A DNA stretch of 24,000 bases from NCBI RefSeq assembly GCF_005144415.1, contig NZ_SWJE01000005.1:324134-348133 (forward strand), in the 5' to 3' direction. Below the pieces are notes generated by a model, which searched no databases, was not told where the DNA came from, and saw only the letters and a program-made list of their open reading frames with translations. The DNA is from Trinickia terrae (GTDB lineage: Bacteria > Pseudomonadota > Gammaproteobacteria > Burkholderiales > Burkholderiaceae). Made by a program: the position numbers and the translations under genes. Positions 13,449 through 23,073 of the stretch are shown piece after piece. The first letter of the stretch is position 1. Each line of letters opens with the position of its first letter.

Positions 13449-14827
13449 GCCTCCTGCAACGTGGCTTCGAACGTCTCGCGCGTGCGTTCAGCGAGCAGCG
13501 CGATTTCTTCGGCATCCAGAATGTATGGCGGCATCAGGTAGACCGTCGCGCCGATCGGGCGCAGCAGCAGTTCCTTGGCGAGCGCCTTTTCGAAGAAGCG
13601 GCGCGAGAAGGTCTTCGCGACAGGGCCTTCGAGCACGGCGTCGAATGCGAAGATCGTTCCGCATTGACGGAAATGGCGCACCGATTCGTGCGTCGCGAGC
13701 GGCGTCAGCGCCTCGCGCAGCAGCGCCGATTTCCTCGCGTTTCCGGCGAGCACATCGTCGCTCGCGAACAGGCCGAGCGTCGCGAGCGCGGCGCGGCATG
13801 CGAGCGGATTGCCGGTGTACGAGTGCGAATGGAGGAAGCCGCGCGTCGTGTCGTCGTCGTAGAACGCCGCGAAGATTTCGTCGCGCGACAGCACGATCGA
13901 CAGCGGCAGATACCCGCCGCTGATGCCCTTCGACAAGCACAGGAAATCGGGCCACACGTCCGCCTGCTCGCTCGCGAAGAACGTGCCGGTGCGTCCGCAG
14001 CCGACGGCGATCTCGTCGGCGATCAGGTGCACGCCGTACTGATCGCACAGCGTGCGCAAGCCCGCGACATACGACACGTCGTGCATCGCCATCCCGGTTG
14101 CGCATTGGATGAGCGGCTCGACGATCACCGCGGCGATCTGCGCGGCGCGCGCTTCGAAGAGCGCTCGCACGCTTTCGAGCGCGCGGCGTGCGACATCGGC
14201 CGCGGTTTCGTCCGCAAGCGCCTGGCGCACATCGGGCGACGCGACGACATGCGCATGCCGGATCAGCGGATCGTACGCGTCCTTGAACAGCGCGACATCG
14301 GTGACGCCAAGCGCGCCGATCGTCTCGCCGTGATAGCTGTTCTGCACGCAGACGAATTCGCGCTTTTCGCTTTTGCCGTGATTGCGCCAATAGTGGAAGC
14401 TCATCTTCAGAGCGATCTCGACGGCCGATGCGCCGTCCGAGGCGAAGAACGCGTGGCCGAGCGTGCCGCCGGTGAGATGCGAGAGCCGCTCCGCGAGCTC
14501 GACCGCAGGTTCGTGCGTGCAGCCCGCGAGCATCGCATGCTCGAGCGTATCGAGCTGGGCTTTGAGGGCTTCGTTGATGCGCGGATTCGCGTGGCCGAAC
14601 AGGTTGACCCACCACGAGCTGATCGCATCGAGATAGCGACGGCCCGCGCGGTCGTAGAGCCAGGCGCCGCTGCCGCGCGCCACGGGGATGAGCGGCAGGC
14701 GCTCATGGTGCTTCATCTGCGTGCATGGATGCCACACGGCCTTGAGGCTGCGTGCGACCCAGTCTTCCGTTGCTGGTGCTTTCAAAACCACTCCATAGCA
14801 TGAACGTTCGTTGCGCGCGCCGCTCAT
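13442..14827 (-). CDS. bioA: adenosylmethionine-8-amino-7-oxononanoate aminotransferase
   Basis: A 461-aa protein. VWHPCTQMK … [11 protein letters not shown] … [16 protein letters not shown] … [13 protein letters not shown] are class-III aminotransferase/BioA motifs. It is the first gene of the bioAFDB operon. No clear Shine-Dalgarno sequence precedes the start. Confidence 0.93.
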   Translation of the reverse strand: MSGARNERSCYGVVLKAPATEDWVARSLKAVWHPCTQMKHHERLPLIPVARGSGAWLYDRAGRRYLDAISSWWVNLFGHANPRINEALKAQLDTLEHAMLAGCTHEPAVELAERLSHLTGGTLGHAFFASDGASAVEIALKMSFHYWRNHGKSEKREFVCVQNSYHGETIGALGVTDVALFKDAYDPLIRHAHVVASPDVRQALADETAADVARRALESVRALFEARAAQIAAVIVEPLIQCATGMAMHDVSYVAGLRTLCDQYGVHLIADEIAVGCGRTGTFFASEQADVWPDFLCLSKGISGGYLPLSIVLSRDEIFAAFYDDDTTRGFLHSHSYTGNPLACRAALATLGLFASDDVLAGNARKSALLREALTPLATHESVRHFRQCGTIFAFDAVLEGPVAKTFSRRFFEKALAKELLLRPIGATVYLMPPYILDAEEIALLAERTRETFEATLQEAC

Positions 14828-15201
14828 GGCGGCGAGGCATGTTCATGCAAAAACACATGACAGGTAGTCCGATTGCGATTTGCGAGCCGGTCATGCGCAA
14901 TGCTGCGATGACGCGGCGGTTCGCGCCGAATCGGAAAAACGGCAATGAGAGTAACGCGTTCCGTGCGCCGATGCACTAGGCGCTTCAGCACGCGATTGCC
15001 CATGGCGTGAGCGATCTAAGCGGCCGTTGAGCGCAGCTCGCGGCGTTTCGCATCAGATCGGGAAAATTCGGCGCCGTTGACGACGGCAAAGCCGTGCGGC
15101 TCACCGGACGAAATTCAGCCTCGGCGGGCGGATTGCGGGGCGTTTTCGTCTGCGTATTGAGGTAAGCAGCGGGTAAACAGCGGAGGTGAGCAGCGATCGA
15201 A

Positions 15202-16491
15202 TCAGCGGCTCGCGAGCTCGTGGCTCGTGCCGTCGCCGTCGCCGTCGCCGCCGGTGGCGGGCGCGTCGGCCGACGCTTGCGCGACGCCATGCCCGCCGTT
15301 CCAGACCACCTTGTCGTTGACCGCATACAGGTGGCACGCTCCGGCGCCTTCCTTCTCGCAGTTCTGGATCGCGAGCGCCATCGGGTTGTCGCCGCCTTCC
15401 GCCCACGACCACGCGCCCGAGTCGGACACGGCGAACGCGCGCGTCGGATATTGCTTCAGAAAGTTCTCGTAGCCGGCGCGGCCCGATGCATCGAGAAACG
15501 GCACGGCGTTCACCGCATCGAGCGCGGCATAGCCCGACGCCTTTGGCATCGACGGCTCGTCGACGCGATACTGGACACTCGTCGGCATGCCGATGCGCGC
15601 GAGGAAGGCCTCGACGGCCGGCCACCAGATGGGCACGCCGTCGCGGTCGACGACGAGCCGGTGCGCGTCGTTCTTGTAGGCGCCGAAATCGACCATCTGC
15701 GCGCGCGCGCCGTGCGCGGCGTAGGCCGCGTACATCTGCGCGGAGAGCGCGGGCGACCACACCGAATCGTTGTCGCCGTAGAGCCATAGCGAAGGCGCCT
15801 GCGTGTGCTCGCCGTAGGTCTCGAAAGCTTGTGTGAGGTTGCGCTGCCAGCCGGTGCAGGCATCCTGCCGCAGGCCGCCCGAGAAGTTGATGAGGCCGTG
15901 CACGCCGGGCGCGGCGTTCACGCCGTAGGCCATCGTGGTCAGGCCGCCGTGCGACGAGCCGGCGACGACGATATGCCGGGCGTCGACATAAGCCTGCTTC
16001 GACATATAGTCGATGGCCGCTGCGACGTCGTCGGCCTGGGCGATGCCGTTGCGCTCGACGTCGCACCCCTCCTGCTGATAGGTGCCGCCCGAGCCCGCGA
16101 AGCCCTCGCGGTTCGGCGCGACGACGACATAGCCGCGCCGCACGAACTCGCGCGCGAACGCGATCGGCCGGCTGCGCGCCTGCTCGCGAGGATCGCCCTG
16201 GATCTTGCCGTGATTGAACACGACCATCGGGAACGGGCCGGGGCCGTCCGGCTTGAAGATCGTCGTCTCGAGCGTGACGGAGCCCGAGGCATCGACGGGA
16301 ATTCGAAGGATCTGCTCGTTGAGATCGGCGCCGACCTTGGGCTGGTAGGCGTCGTGGTATTCGAGGTTCGGTACTTGGGCCTTGGCGAGCGGCCCGGCGG
16401 CGGCGAGGTTCGCGAGTGCGAGTGGCTCGGCCTTGGCGACTGACAGCGCGCACACGGCCGTGCATCCGATCAAGATGTTCTTCAAACTCAT
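15202..16491 (-). CDS. secreted alpha/beta hydrolase (dienelactone-hydrolase/prolyl-oligopeptidase-like) fused to a DUF4189-like C-terminal domain
   Basis: Has the Sec signal MSLKNILIGCTAVCALSVAKA-EP and the nucleophile elbow VVAGSSHGG, with LYGDNDS and a His region following. The C-terminal RAFAVSDSGAWSWAEGGDNPMALAIQNCEKEGAGACHLYAVNDKVVW resembles DUF4189. The protein ends in a GDGDGDG tail. Confidence 0.85.
   Translation of the reverse strand: MSLKNILIGCTAVCALSVAKAEPLALANLAAAGPLAKAQVPNLEYHDAYQPKVGADLNEQILRIPVDASGSVTLETTIFKPDGPGPFPMVVFNHGKIQGDPREQARSRPIAFAREFVRRGYVVVAPNREGFAGSGGTYQQEGCDVERNGIAQADDVAAAIDYMSKQAYVDARHIVVAGSSHGGLTTMAYGVNAAPGVHGLINFSGGLRQDACTGWQRNLTQAFETYGEHTQAPSLWLYGDNDSVWSPALSAQMYAAYAAHGARAQMVDFGAYKNDAHRLVVDRDGVPIWWPAVEAFLARIGMPTSVQYRVDEPSMPKASGYAALDAVNAVPFLDASGRAGYENFLKQYPTRAFAVSDSGAWSWAEGGDNPMALAIQNCEKEGAGACHLYAVNDKVVWNGGHGVAQASADAPATGGDGDGDGTSHELASR
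15231..15250. repeat. hexanucleotide simple-sequence repeat (CGTCGC)x3.3 inside the hydrolase 3' end, encoding (Gly-Asp)3
   Basis: Read directly from the sequence. It is in frame with the CDS on the minus strand (GGC GAC x3). Confidence 0.8.
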
Positions 16492-16790
16492 TCGCTACCC
16501 TGCCTGCTATGAAGTAATTCCTGAATAGCGCACTTCTTTCCGACGCGCCGGACAAAAAGGACACCCGGGGCGAAGCCTGATAGAGCGGCTTTAGAAAGTG
16601 CACTGCAAGGAAGGCGATGCTGGCGCATCACATTTCGCGGCAAAACGTGATGCAGCAAAACCAGAGCTCATCGTAGCCCGACAATTTTTCGTTGTGCAAT
16701 GCAGGAGAACCCGATCTTTTCGGGGTGAGGCGAACAGTAAGGGTGGGACAGGTGTGCTAGGCCCGGGCGTTGCCGCTTTGGGGCGAATGT

Positions 16791-16819
16791 TGCGGACAGC
16801 CAACAAAGCGCTGTCCGCA
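16791..16819 (-). terminator. perfect 10-bp hairpin TGCGGACAGC-N9-GCTGTCCGCA directly downstream of ychJ-like stop (terminator-like, no U-tract)
   Basis: Read directly. It begins 7 nt after the stop at 16826. The lack of a U-run makes intrinsic termination uncertain. Confidence 0.4.
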
Positions 16820-16825
16820 GCGTAC

Positions 16826-17287
16826 TCAGCGCTCGCTTACATCGCCGTCGACATAGCGCCAGCGCGCGTCGGCGCCGCGCACGAAGCGGCTCACCTCGTG
16901 CAGCCGTTGCGCGCGTCCGCCGACTTTGTAGCGGGCGACGAATTCGACGATCGCGTGAGTCGCGTCGGCGGCTTCGAAGCGTTTGACTTGCAGGCCGATC
17001 CAGCGGGGGGCGTCGGGGGATTGAGGGTCGAGGTCGAGATCGGCGGGGCAGGTCGCCGAATCCCAGGTTGCACGTAAGTAATCGCTATCGCCGAGAACGT
17101 AGGCGCTATAGCGCGAGCGCATCAGTTCGAGCGCCGTCGGCGCGGTCTCGCCGCCGTCGATGAAGCGTCCGCAGCAGACGGCGAAGCGCGGCGTCTTGGC
17201 GGTTGCGGCCTTGCCCGGCGCCGTGCCGCCGCAGGGACATTCGAGCGGGCGAGGGTGCGCGGGCGTGGCCGATGCGGAATTCGTCAT
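16826..17287 (-). CDS. ychJ: YchJ-family (UPF0225) protein with N-terminal SEC-C-like Cys motif
   Basis: A 153-aa protein. CPCGG…CCGRFI followed by ELMRSRYSAYVLGDSDYLRATW and EFVARYKVGGRAQRLHEVSRF is collinear with E. coli YchJ. The C-terminal second SEC-C motif is absent. Confidence 0.8.
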   Translation of the reverse strand: MTNSASATPAHPRPLECPCGGTAPGKAATAKTPRFAVCCGRFIDGGETAPTALELMRSRYSAYVLGDSDYLRATWDSATCPADLDLDPQSPDAPRWIGLQVKRFEAADATHAIVEFVARYKVGGRAQRLHEVSRFVRGADARWRYVDGDVSER

Positions 17288-17302
17288 GCGCGTAAGGATT
17301 CG

Positions 17303-18433
17303 TCAGTTGAGACCGCGTGCGATCAGGATCTTCTGGATGTCGCTCGTGCCTTCGTAGATCTGGCAGACGCGCACGTCGCGATAGATGCGCTCGATGGGGA
17401 AGTCGCTCAGATAGCCGTAGCCGCCGAGCGTCTGCAGCGCGGCCGAGCAGATGCGTTCCGCCGCTTCCGACGCGAACAGCTTCGCCATCGCCGCTTCGGT
17501 GAGGCAGGGCAGGCCCGCGTCCTTCAGCGACGCCGCGTGCCAGATGAGCTGGCGGGCGGCTTCGAGCTGCGTCGCCATCTCGGCGAAGCGGAACTGCACG
17601 GCTTGATGCGCGAAGATCGGCTGACCGAAGCTCTCGCGCTCCTTCGCATAGGCGAGCGCCGCTTCGAGCGCCGCGCGCGCCATGCCGACGCTCTGCGCCG
17701 CGATGCCGATGCGCCCGCCTTCGAGCCCCGACAACGCGATCTTGTAGCCTTCACCTTCCGCGCCGATCAGGTTCGCCGCCGGCACGCGGCAATCCTCGAA
17801 CACGATCTGCGCAGTGTCGGACGAGTGCTGGCCGAGCTTGTCCTCGATGCGCGCGACGATATAGCCGGGCGCGCTCGTCGGCACGATGAACGCGCTGATG
17901 CCGCGCTTGCCCGCGGCCTTGTCGGTGACGGCCATCACGATCGCGACGTCGCCGTTCTTGCCGCTCGTGATGAACTGCTTGACGCCGTTGAGCACGTACG
18001 CGCCGCCGTCGCGCGTCGCGGTGGTGCGCAGCGCCGAGGCGTCCGACCCCGCTTGCGGCTCGGTCAGGCAGAACGCGCCGAGCATCTCGCCGCGCGCGAG
18101 CGGCGTGAGCCAGTCGCGCTTTTGCGCGTCGTTGCCGTAGGCGAGCAGGATGCTGCAGACGGGGCAGTTGTTGACCGAGATCGCCGTCGACGTGCCGCCG
18201 TCGCCGGCCGCGATCTCTTCGAGTATCACGGCGAGCGCGAGCGCATCGAGGCCCGCGCCGCCGCAGGCCTCGGGCACGAGCACGCCGTAGGCGCCGAGCG
18301 CAGCGAGCTGGCGGTGCACGTCCTTCGGGAACGTGCGGTCGCGATCCCACTGCGCGGCGTTCGGCGTCACCGCCTCGCGCACGAAGGTGCGCACCGCGTC
18401 GCGGATCATCTGGTGGTCCTGATCGAGCACCAT
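17303..18433 (-). CDS. acyl-CoA dehydrogenase (short/branched-chain type)
   Basis: A 376-aa protein. GAFCLTEPQAGSDASAL … QFITSG … IYEGTSDIQKILIAR are canonical ACAD motifs. Substrate specificity cannot be assigned from the sequence alone. Confidence 0.95.
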   Translation of the reverse strand: MVLDQDHQMIRDAVRTFVREAVTPNAAQWDRDRTFPKDVHRQLAALGAYGVLVPEACGGAGLDALALAVILEEIAAGDGGTSTAISVNNCPVCSILLAYGNDAQKRDWLTPLARGEMLGAFCLTEPQAGSDASALRTTATRDGGAYVLNGVKQFITSGKNGDVAIVMAVTDKAAGKRGISAFIVPTSAPGYIVARIEDKLGQHSSDTAQIVFEDCRVPAANLIGAEGEGYKIALSGLEGGRIGIAAQSVGMARAALEAALAYAKERESFGQPIFAHQAVQFRFAEMATQLEAARQLIWHAASLKDAGLPCLTEAAMAKLFASEAAERICSAALQTLGGYGYLSDFPIERIYRDVRVCQIYEGTSDIQKILIARGLN

Positions 18434-18453
18434 GGCGTTCGTGTCTCCTTACC

Positions 18454-18486
18454 ATAGGGCCTGTCATTAGTGTGAACAGGCCCTAT
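18454..18486 (-). other. intercistronic perfect 11-bp hairpin ATAGGGCCTGT-N11-ACAGGCCCTAT between SDR stop and acyl-CoA dehydrogenase RBS
   Basis: Read directly. It starts 2 nt after the SDR stop (18489-18491) and is followed on the minus strand by GGTAAGGAG and the acd ATG. There is no U-tract. Confidence 0.45.
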
Positions 18487-18488
18487 GA

Positions 18489-19166
18489 TTACCAGTCGAT
18501 GGCCGTGCCGTCGTATTGAAAGAAGCGGCCGTTGAACGAAGCATGCGAGGCAGCGGCTTGCGCAAGCACGTCGCGCATGCCCGCGACGCTGCGCTCCGGA
18601 TCGATCGCCGCCGCCGAACCGCCCATGTCGGTGCGCACCCAGCCCGGATGCAGCGCGACGCAGGTGGCGCGGCGCGTCTGCAGCGAGGCGATCTTCAGCG
18701 CGTCGTTCAACGCCGCCTTGCTCGCGCGATAAAGCCAGCCGGTGGTGCCGGTCGCCTCGCCGATGCTGCCCATCTTGCTCGACAGCACCGCGAGCACGCC
18801 CTGCGCGTCCTCGACGAGCGGCAGCAGGATCGGCATCAGCTGCATCGGACCGCGGACGTTGGTCGTCATCACGTAGTCGAAATCCTCGACCGTGATGGTC
18901 TCGACGCCCTCGGTGCGCGGGCCGTACACGCCCGACACGATGACCGCCGCATCGAGCCGCTCGCCGTTGAGCTTCCAGCCGAGCGCGGCGATTTCCTCCG
19001 GCTCGGCGATATCGAGCGAGAACGTCTCGCAGCCGAGCGCGGCGAGCGAATCGAGCGAGTCGTCGTCGCGCGCGGTGGCGAGCACGCGCCAGCCGGCGCG
19101 CTGGTATTGACGCGCGAACTCGCGTCCGAGTCCGCGCGACGCGCCTACGATCAGTGCTGTTTTCAT
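18489..19166 (-). CDS. short-chain dehydrogenase/reductase (SDR, CsgA/C-factor-like subgroup)
   Basis: A 225-aa protein from ATG 19166, with GGAGGG 6 nt upstream. It has the cofactor motif ALIVGASRGLG and the catalytic YRASKAALN. The longer 279-aa ORF prefix is Arg/Ala-rich and lacks a ribosome-binding site. Confidence 0.9.
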   Translation of the reverse strand: MKTALIVGASRGLGREFARQYQRAGWRVLATARDDDSLDSLAALGCETFSLDIAEPEEIAALGWKLNGERLDAAVIVSGVYGPRTEGVETITVEDFDYVMTTNVRGPMQLMPILLPLVEDAQGVLAVLSSKMGSIGEATGTTGWLYRASKAALNDALKIASLQTRRATCVALHPGWVRTDMGGSAAAIDPERSVAGMRDVLAQAAASHASFNGRFFQYDGTAIDW

Positions 19167-19233
19167 CCGCTTCCCTCCTCGCCGGGCAATGACCAAGGGG
19201 CGAATCGTACGACGATTGCGTGAAAGCGCGCCG

Positions 19234-20442
19234 TCAGATGAGCTCGATGCCCATCGCAGTGGCCTCACCGCCGCCGATGCACAGGCTCGCGACGCCGCGT
19301 TTGCCGCCGCGCGAGCGCAGCGCGCCAATCAGCGTGACGAGGATGCGCGCGCCCGAGGCGCCGATCGGATGACCGAGCGCGCACGCGCCGCCGTTCACGT
19401 TGACCTTCTCGTGCGGCAGGCCGTGCTCCTTCATCGCGGCCATCGTGACAACGGCGAACGCTTCGTTGATCTCGTAGAGATCGACGTCGGCGGCGCGCCA
19501 GCCGTTCTTGTCGAACAGCTTCTTGATCGCGCCGACCGGGGCCGTCGTGAACTTCGCCGGCTCCTGCGCGAAGGTCGAATGGCCGGCCACGCGCGCGAGC
19601 GGCGTCGCGCCGAGGCGCGCAGCCGTCGACTCGCGCATCATCACGAGCGCGGCGGCGCCGTCGGAGATCGACGACGAGTTCGCCGCCGTCACGGTGCCGG
19701 TCTTGCTGAACGCGGGCTTGAGCGTCGGGATCTTGTCGAGGTTCGCCTTGAACGGCTGCTCGTCGCGCTCGATCGTGACCTCGCCCTTGCGGCTCTCGAC
19801 TTTCACCGGCGCGATCTCCCAAGCGAACGAACCGTCTTCGTTCGCGCGCTTGGCGCGCACCAGCGATTCGATCGCGAAGGCGTCTTGCGCCGCGCGCGTG
19901 AAGTCGAACGACGCCGCGCATTCCTCGGCGAAGGTGCCCATCAGGCGGCCTCCGCCTTTCTCGTCCTTCATGTAGGCGTCTTCCAAGCCGTCGTAGAACA
20001 TGTGGTCGATCACCTGGCTGTGGCCCATGCGCATCCCGCCGCGCGCCTTCGGCAGCAGGTAGGGCGCGTTCGTCATGCTCTCCATGCCGCCCGCGACCGC
20101 CACCTCGACGCTGCCCGCCGTCAGCATGTCGTGCGCGAACATCGCCGCGCGCATGCCCGAGCCGCACATCTTGTTGACCGTCGTGCAGCCGGCGGCAAGC
20201 GGCAGGCCCGCGCCGAGCGAGGCCTGCCGCGCGGGCGCCTGGCCGAGGCCGGCGGGCAGCACGCAGCCCATCAGCACTTCGTCGATCTGCTCCGGCTTCA
20301 GGCCTGAGCGCTCGAGCGCGGCTTTGATGGCGACCGCGCCCAGCTGCGGCGCGGTGAGCGCGGCGAATTCGCCTTGGAATGCGGCCATCGGCGTGCGCGC
20401 CACTGCTGCGATGACGATCGGATCACGGGTTGTCTCACTCAT
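19234..20442 (-). CDS. acetyl-CoA C-acetyltransferase / 3-ketoacyl-CoA thiolase
   Basis: A 402-aa protein. VNKMCGSGMRA (active-site Cys), NVNGGACALGHPIGASGARIL and CIGGGEATAM are thiolase signatures. AAGGAG lies 7 nt upstream of the ATG, inside the 3' end of the carbonic anhydrase gene. Confidence 0.95.
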   Translation of the reverse strand: MSETTRDPIVIAAVARTPMAAFQGEFAALTAPQLGAVAIKAALERSGLKPEQIDEVLMGCVLPAGLGQAPARQASLGAGLPLAAGCTTVNKMCGSGMRAAMFAHDMLTAGSVEVAVAGGMESMTNAPYLLPKARGGMRMGHSQVIDHMFYDGLEDAYMKDEKGGGRLMGTFAEECAASFDFTRAAQDAFAIESLVRAKRANEDGSFAWEIAPVKVESRKGEVTIERDEQPFKANLDKIPTLKPAFSKTGTVTAANSSSISDGAAALVMMRESTAARLGATPLARVAGHSTFAQEPAKFTTAPVGAIKKLFDKNGWRAADVDLYEINEAFAVVTMAAMKEHGLPHEKVNVNGGACALGHPIGASGARILVTLIGALRSRGGKRGVASLCIGGGEATAMGIELI

Positions 20443-21199
20443 GTTTCAGCTCCTTGATTACACCTTTCACGATTGCCGGGACGTCGCCGAGTTGGGCGGC
20501 GTCCGCGGCGACCACGTCGTTTTGCGCCGAGCGCGCGCCGTTCGTCGACAGCGCGGCGACGCAGCGCCTGTAGGTCGATTCGAGCATGCCCGGCTCGGAA
20601 ATCGTCATGCCGAGGTCGCGCACGCGGCCGTCGTGCAGCCCGTAGACCCAGCCGTGAACGGTGAGCGGCTGGCTCCTCGCCCACGCGTCGGTGATGATCG
20701 TCGTGCGGCACACGTTCAGGACCTGCTCGATCGCGTTCAGCTCGACGAGGCGGCGATGGCGCGCTTCGCCGATCGGCCATTCGTCGAGCAGCGCGGCGTG
20801 CTTCGCGCGCACGTCGTGGATGTGATGGAGCCAGTTGTCCGCGAGGCCCACGCGCCGGTCGAACAGCGCCGCGCCGACGCCGGAGCAGCCGTAGTGGCCG
20901 ACCACCATGATGTGCTTCACCTTCAGCAGGTCGACGGCGAACTGGACCACCGACAGGCAGTTCAAGTCGCTATGCACGACCACGTTCGCGATGTTGCGAT
21001 GGACGAAGACTTCGCCCGGCGGCAGGCCGATGATCTCGTTGGCGGGCACGCGCGAATCGGAGCAGCCGATCCACAGGTATTCGGGCGACTGCTGGTCGAC
21101 GAGGCGCGAGAAGTACTGCGGGTCTTCGGCGAGCTTGCGCCCGACCCAGGTCTCGTTGTTCTCGAACAGATGGGCGAGTGGATGGTTTCGGGTGCTCAT
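20435..21199 (-). CDS. can: beta-class carbonic anhydrase with about 35-aa C-terminal extension
   Basis: A 254-aa protein from ATG 21199. YLWIGCSDSRVPANEI … VFVHRNIANVV … VVGHYGCSGV are the beta-CA zinc-ligand motifs. It overlaps the thiolase start by 8 nt. Confidence 0.9.
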   Translation of the reverse strand: MSTRNHPLAHLFENNETWVGRKLAEDPQYFSRLVDQQSPEYLWIGCSDSRVPANEIIGLPPGEVFVHRNIANVVVHSDLNCLSVVQFAVDLLKVKHIMVVGHYGCSGVGAALFDRRVGLADNWLHHIHDVRAKHAALLDEWPIGEARHRRLVELNAIEQVLNVCRTTIITDAWARSQPLTVHGWVYGLHDGRVRDLGMTISEPGMLESTYRRCVAALSTNGARSAQNDVVAADAAQLGDVPAIVKGVIKELKHE

Positions 21200-21255
21200 G
21201 GTGCGTGTCGATGTCTGGCGATGTTGAGGTGTTGGACCGGTTGCGTGCTTGCCGC

Positions 21256-23073
21256 TCACGCGGCGCGTGCGCTGTTCGTGTTGCCTTTTGCTTCGCTTGA
21301 ATCGGCAAAGCGCTCGGGATAGCGCACGCAAAACCGCACGCTGCGGTCGTAGGGAAAGAAATCGGGCAGTTCGCCCTTGAGCAGATGATCCTTGTGCCTT
21401 TGCCATAACGCCGGATCGAAGAAATCCGCGTGATGGCGCATGAAGTGCTTGCGCACCGACGGGTCGCCGAGCAGAAAAGTGCCGTACGTCTCCGGGAAAA
21501 TGTCGTGCGGCCCGACCGTGTACCAGGGCTCGGCCGACATCTCGTCTTCCTCGTTGCGCGGCGCCGGCACCTGCCGCACGTTGCAGTCGGTCAGGTATTC
21601 GATTTCATCGTAGTCGTAGAACACGACGCGGCCGTGACGCGTCACGCCGAAGTTCTTGTAGAGCATGTCGCCGGGGAAGATGTTCGCTTGCATCAGCTCC
21701 TTGACGGCGTCGCCGTATTCCTTGATTGCGTGCTCGACGTCGGCTTCGCTGCCGTTTTGCAGGTACAGGTTGAGCGGCACCATGCGCCGCTCGATGTACA
21801 CGTGGCGGATCACGAGGTTGTCGCCTTCGTACTCGATCATCGACGGCGCTTCTTTCTCGAGCTCGCGGACGAGCGCATCGTCGAGCCGCGAGACCGGCAG
21901 CGCGACGCTCGAATATTCGAGCGTGTCGGCCATGCGGCCCAAGCGATCGTGCCGTTTGACGAGCAGGTACTTCTCCTGGATCTTCTCGCGCGTCGTTTCT
22001 TTCGGCGGCGGGAAGGCGTCCTTGATCAGCTTGAACACGTACGGGAACGACGGCAGCGTGAAGACGATCATCACGAGCCCCTTGATGCCGGGCGCGATGA
22101 TGAAGCGGTCGCTCGAATGCGAGAGGTGATGCAGCAAGTCGCGATAGAAAAGATTCTTTCCCTGCTTCTGCAGCCCCAGCGACGTATAGATTTCGGCGCG
22201 CGGCTTGCCCGGCATGATCGTCTCGAGAAACGACACGCAGGCCGACGGCACTTCCATGTCGACGAGAAAGTACGAGTGCGAGAAGCTGAAGATGATGAGA
22301 AGCTGCTCGCGCTTGAGCAGGACCGTATCGACCGCGAGCACGCCGGGTTTCGTGTGACGGATCGGCAGCGCGAACGGCAGCACGAGCTCGCCGTTGATGA
22401 TGCGCCCGACGATGTACGCGGCCTTGTTGCGGAAGAACAGCGACGAGAGCACGTGCACCTGGAAGTTGGCCGCCTCGGTGAACGTGCCGAACGATTCGCG
22501 GATCGCCCGGATCGCGCACTCGACGTCGCGCGTCAGGTCCTCGAACGGCGGCTCCAGCTGGAAGTTCGTGACGACGCGCTCGAGCGTCGCGGCGAGTCCT
22601 TCCTTGCCCGGGTAATAGGCGCGGTAGGTCGGCTTGGCGGCGGGCTCGTCGTTTTCGAGATATTCGGTCGAAATGGCCGGCCGCACGAAAATGAAGTCGT
22701 TGCTGAAATACGAGCGGTGCAGGATCTTGCAGCAGACCGAGTTGAAGAACGTCTCCGCGCATTCGGGCTGGTGGTGCGTGGTCAAGAGCCCGATGTAGTG
22801 CAGCTTGATCTGCTGCCAGACCTCGTCGTCGATGTTCTCGGCGTCGAACTCGTCTTCGAGCAGGACCACGCATTCCGCCACGCGATCGTCGTACGACGCG
22901 ATGCGGTCGCGAGCGAGCTTCTGGATGCCGTGCCAGTCGCCGGCTTCGAACAAGGCCTTCGCGCGGATCGCCGCCTCGCGGAAGATCCGGTAGTGACGGT
23001 CGAACCCTTCGAGCATCGTCTGCGCGACGTCGAAGCCGATTTGCGACGAGAGCAGTTTCGGAAAGTGGTTCAT
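21256..23073 (-). CDS. aceK: isocitrate dehydrogenase kinase/phosphatase
   Basis: The N-terminus [51 protein letters not shown] is collinear with E. coli AceK. The kinase region …[26 protein letters not shown]… is also present. An upstream in-frame ATG at 23115 would add 14 aa. Confidence 0.95.
   Translation of the reverse strand: MNHFPKLLSSQIGFDVAQTMLEGFDRHYRIFREAAIRAKALFEAGDWHGIQKLARDRIASYDDRVAECVVLLEDEFDAENIDDEVWQQIKLHYIGLLTTHHQPECAETFFNSVCCKILHRSYFSNDFIFVRPAISTEYLENDEPAAKPTYRAYYPGKEGLAATLERVVTNFQLEPPFEDLTRDVECAIRAIRESFGTFTEAANFQVHVLSSLFFRNKAAYIVGRIINGELVLPFALPIRHTKPGVLAVDTVLLKREQLLIIFSFSHSYFLVDMEVPSACVSFLETIMPGKPRAEIYTSLGLQKQGKNLFYRDLLHHLSHSSDRFIIAPGIKGLVMIVFTLPSFPYVFKLIKDAFPPPKETTREKIQEKYLLVKRHDRLGRMADTLEYSSVALPVSRLDDALVRELEKEAPSMIEYEGDNLVIRHVYIERRMVPLNLYLQNGSEADVEHAIKEYGDAVKELMQANIFPGDMLYKNFGVTRHGRVVFYDYDEIEYLTDCNVRQVPAPRNEEDEMSAEPWYTVGPHDIFPETYGTFLLGDPSVRKHFMRHHADFFDPALWQRHKDHLLKGELPDFFPYDRSVRFCVRYPERFADSSEAKGNTNSARAA

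Noticed and set aside
14828-14980. Search for a BirA-type biotin operator upstream of bioA. Only TCATG-N8-CATGA (14843-14860) and ATTGCG-N18-CGCAAT-like short palindromes were found
   Set aside because: There is no long inverted repeat resembling the known TTGTAAACC…GGTTTACAA-type bio operators. The palindromes found are 5-6 bp and easily arise by chance. No regulatory call was made.
15101-16603. 500-aa minus-strand ORF in another frame over the secreted hydrolase gene
   Set aside because: The 15202-16491 frame has a signal peptide, a catalytic GSSHGG and a recognisable domain structure. The 500-aa frame is Arg-rich nonsense.
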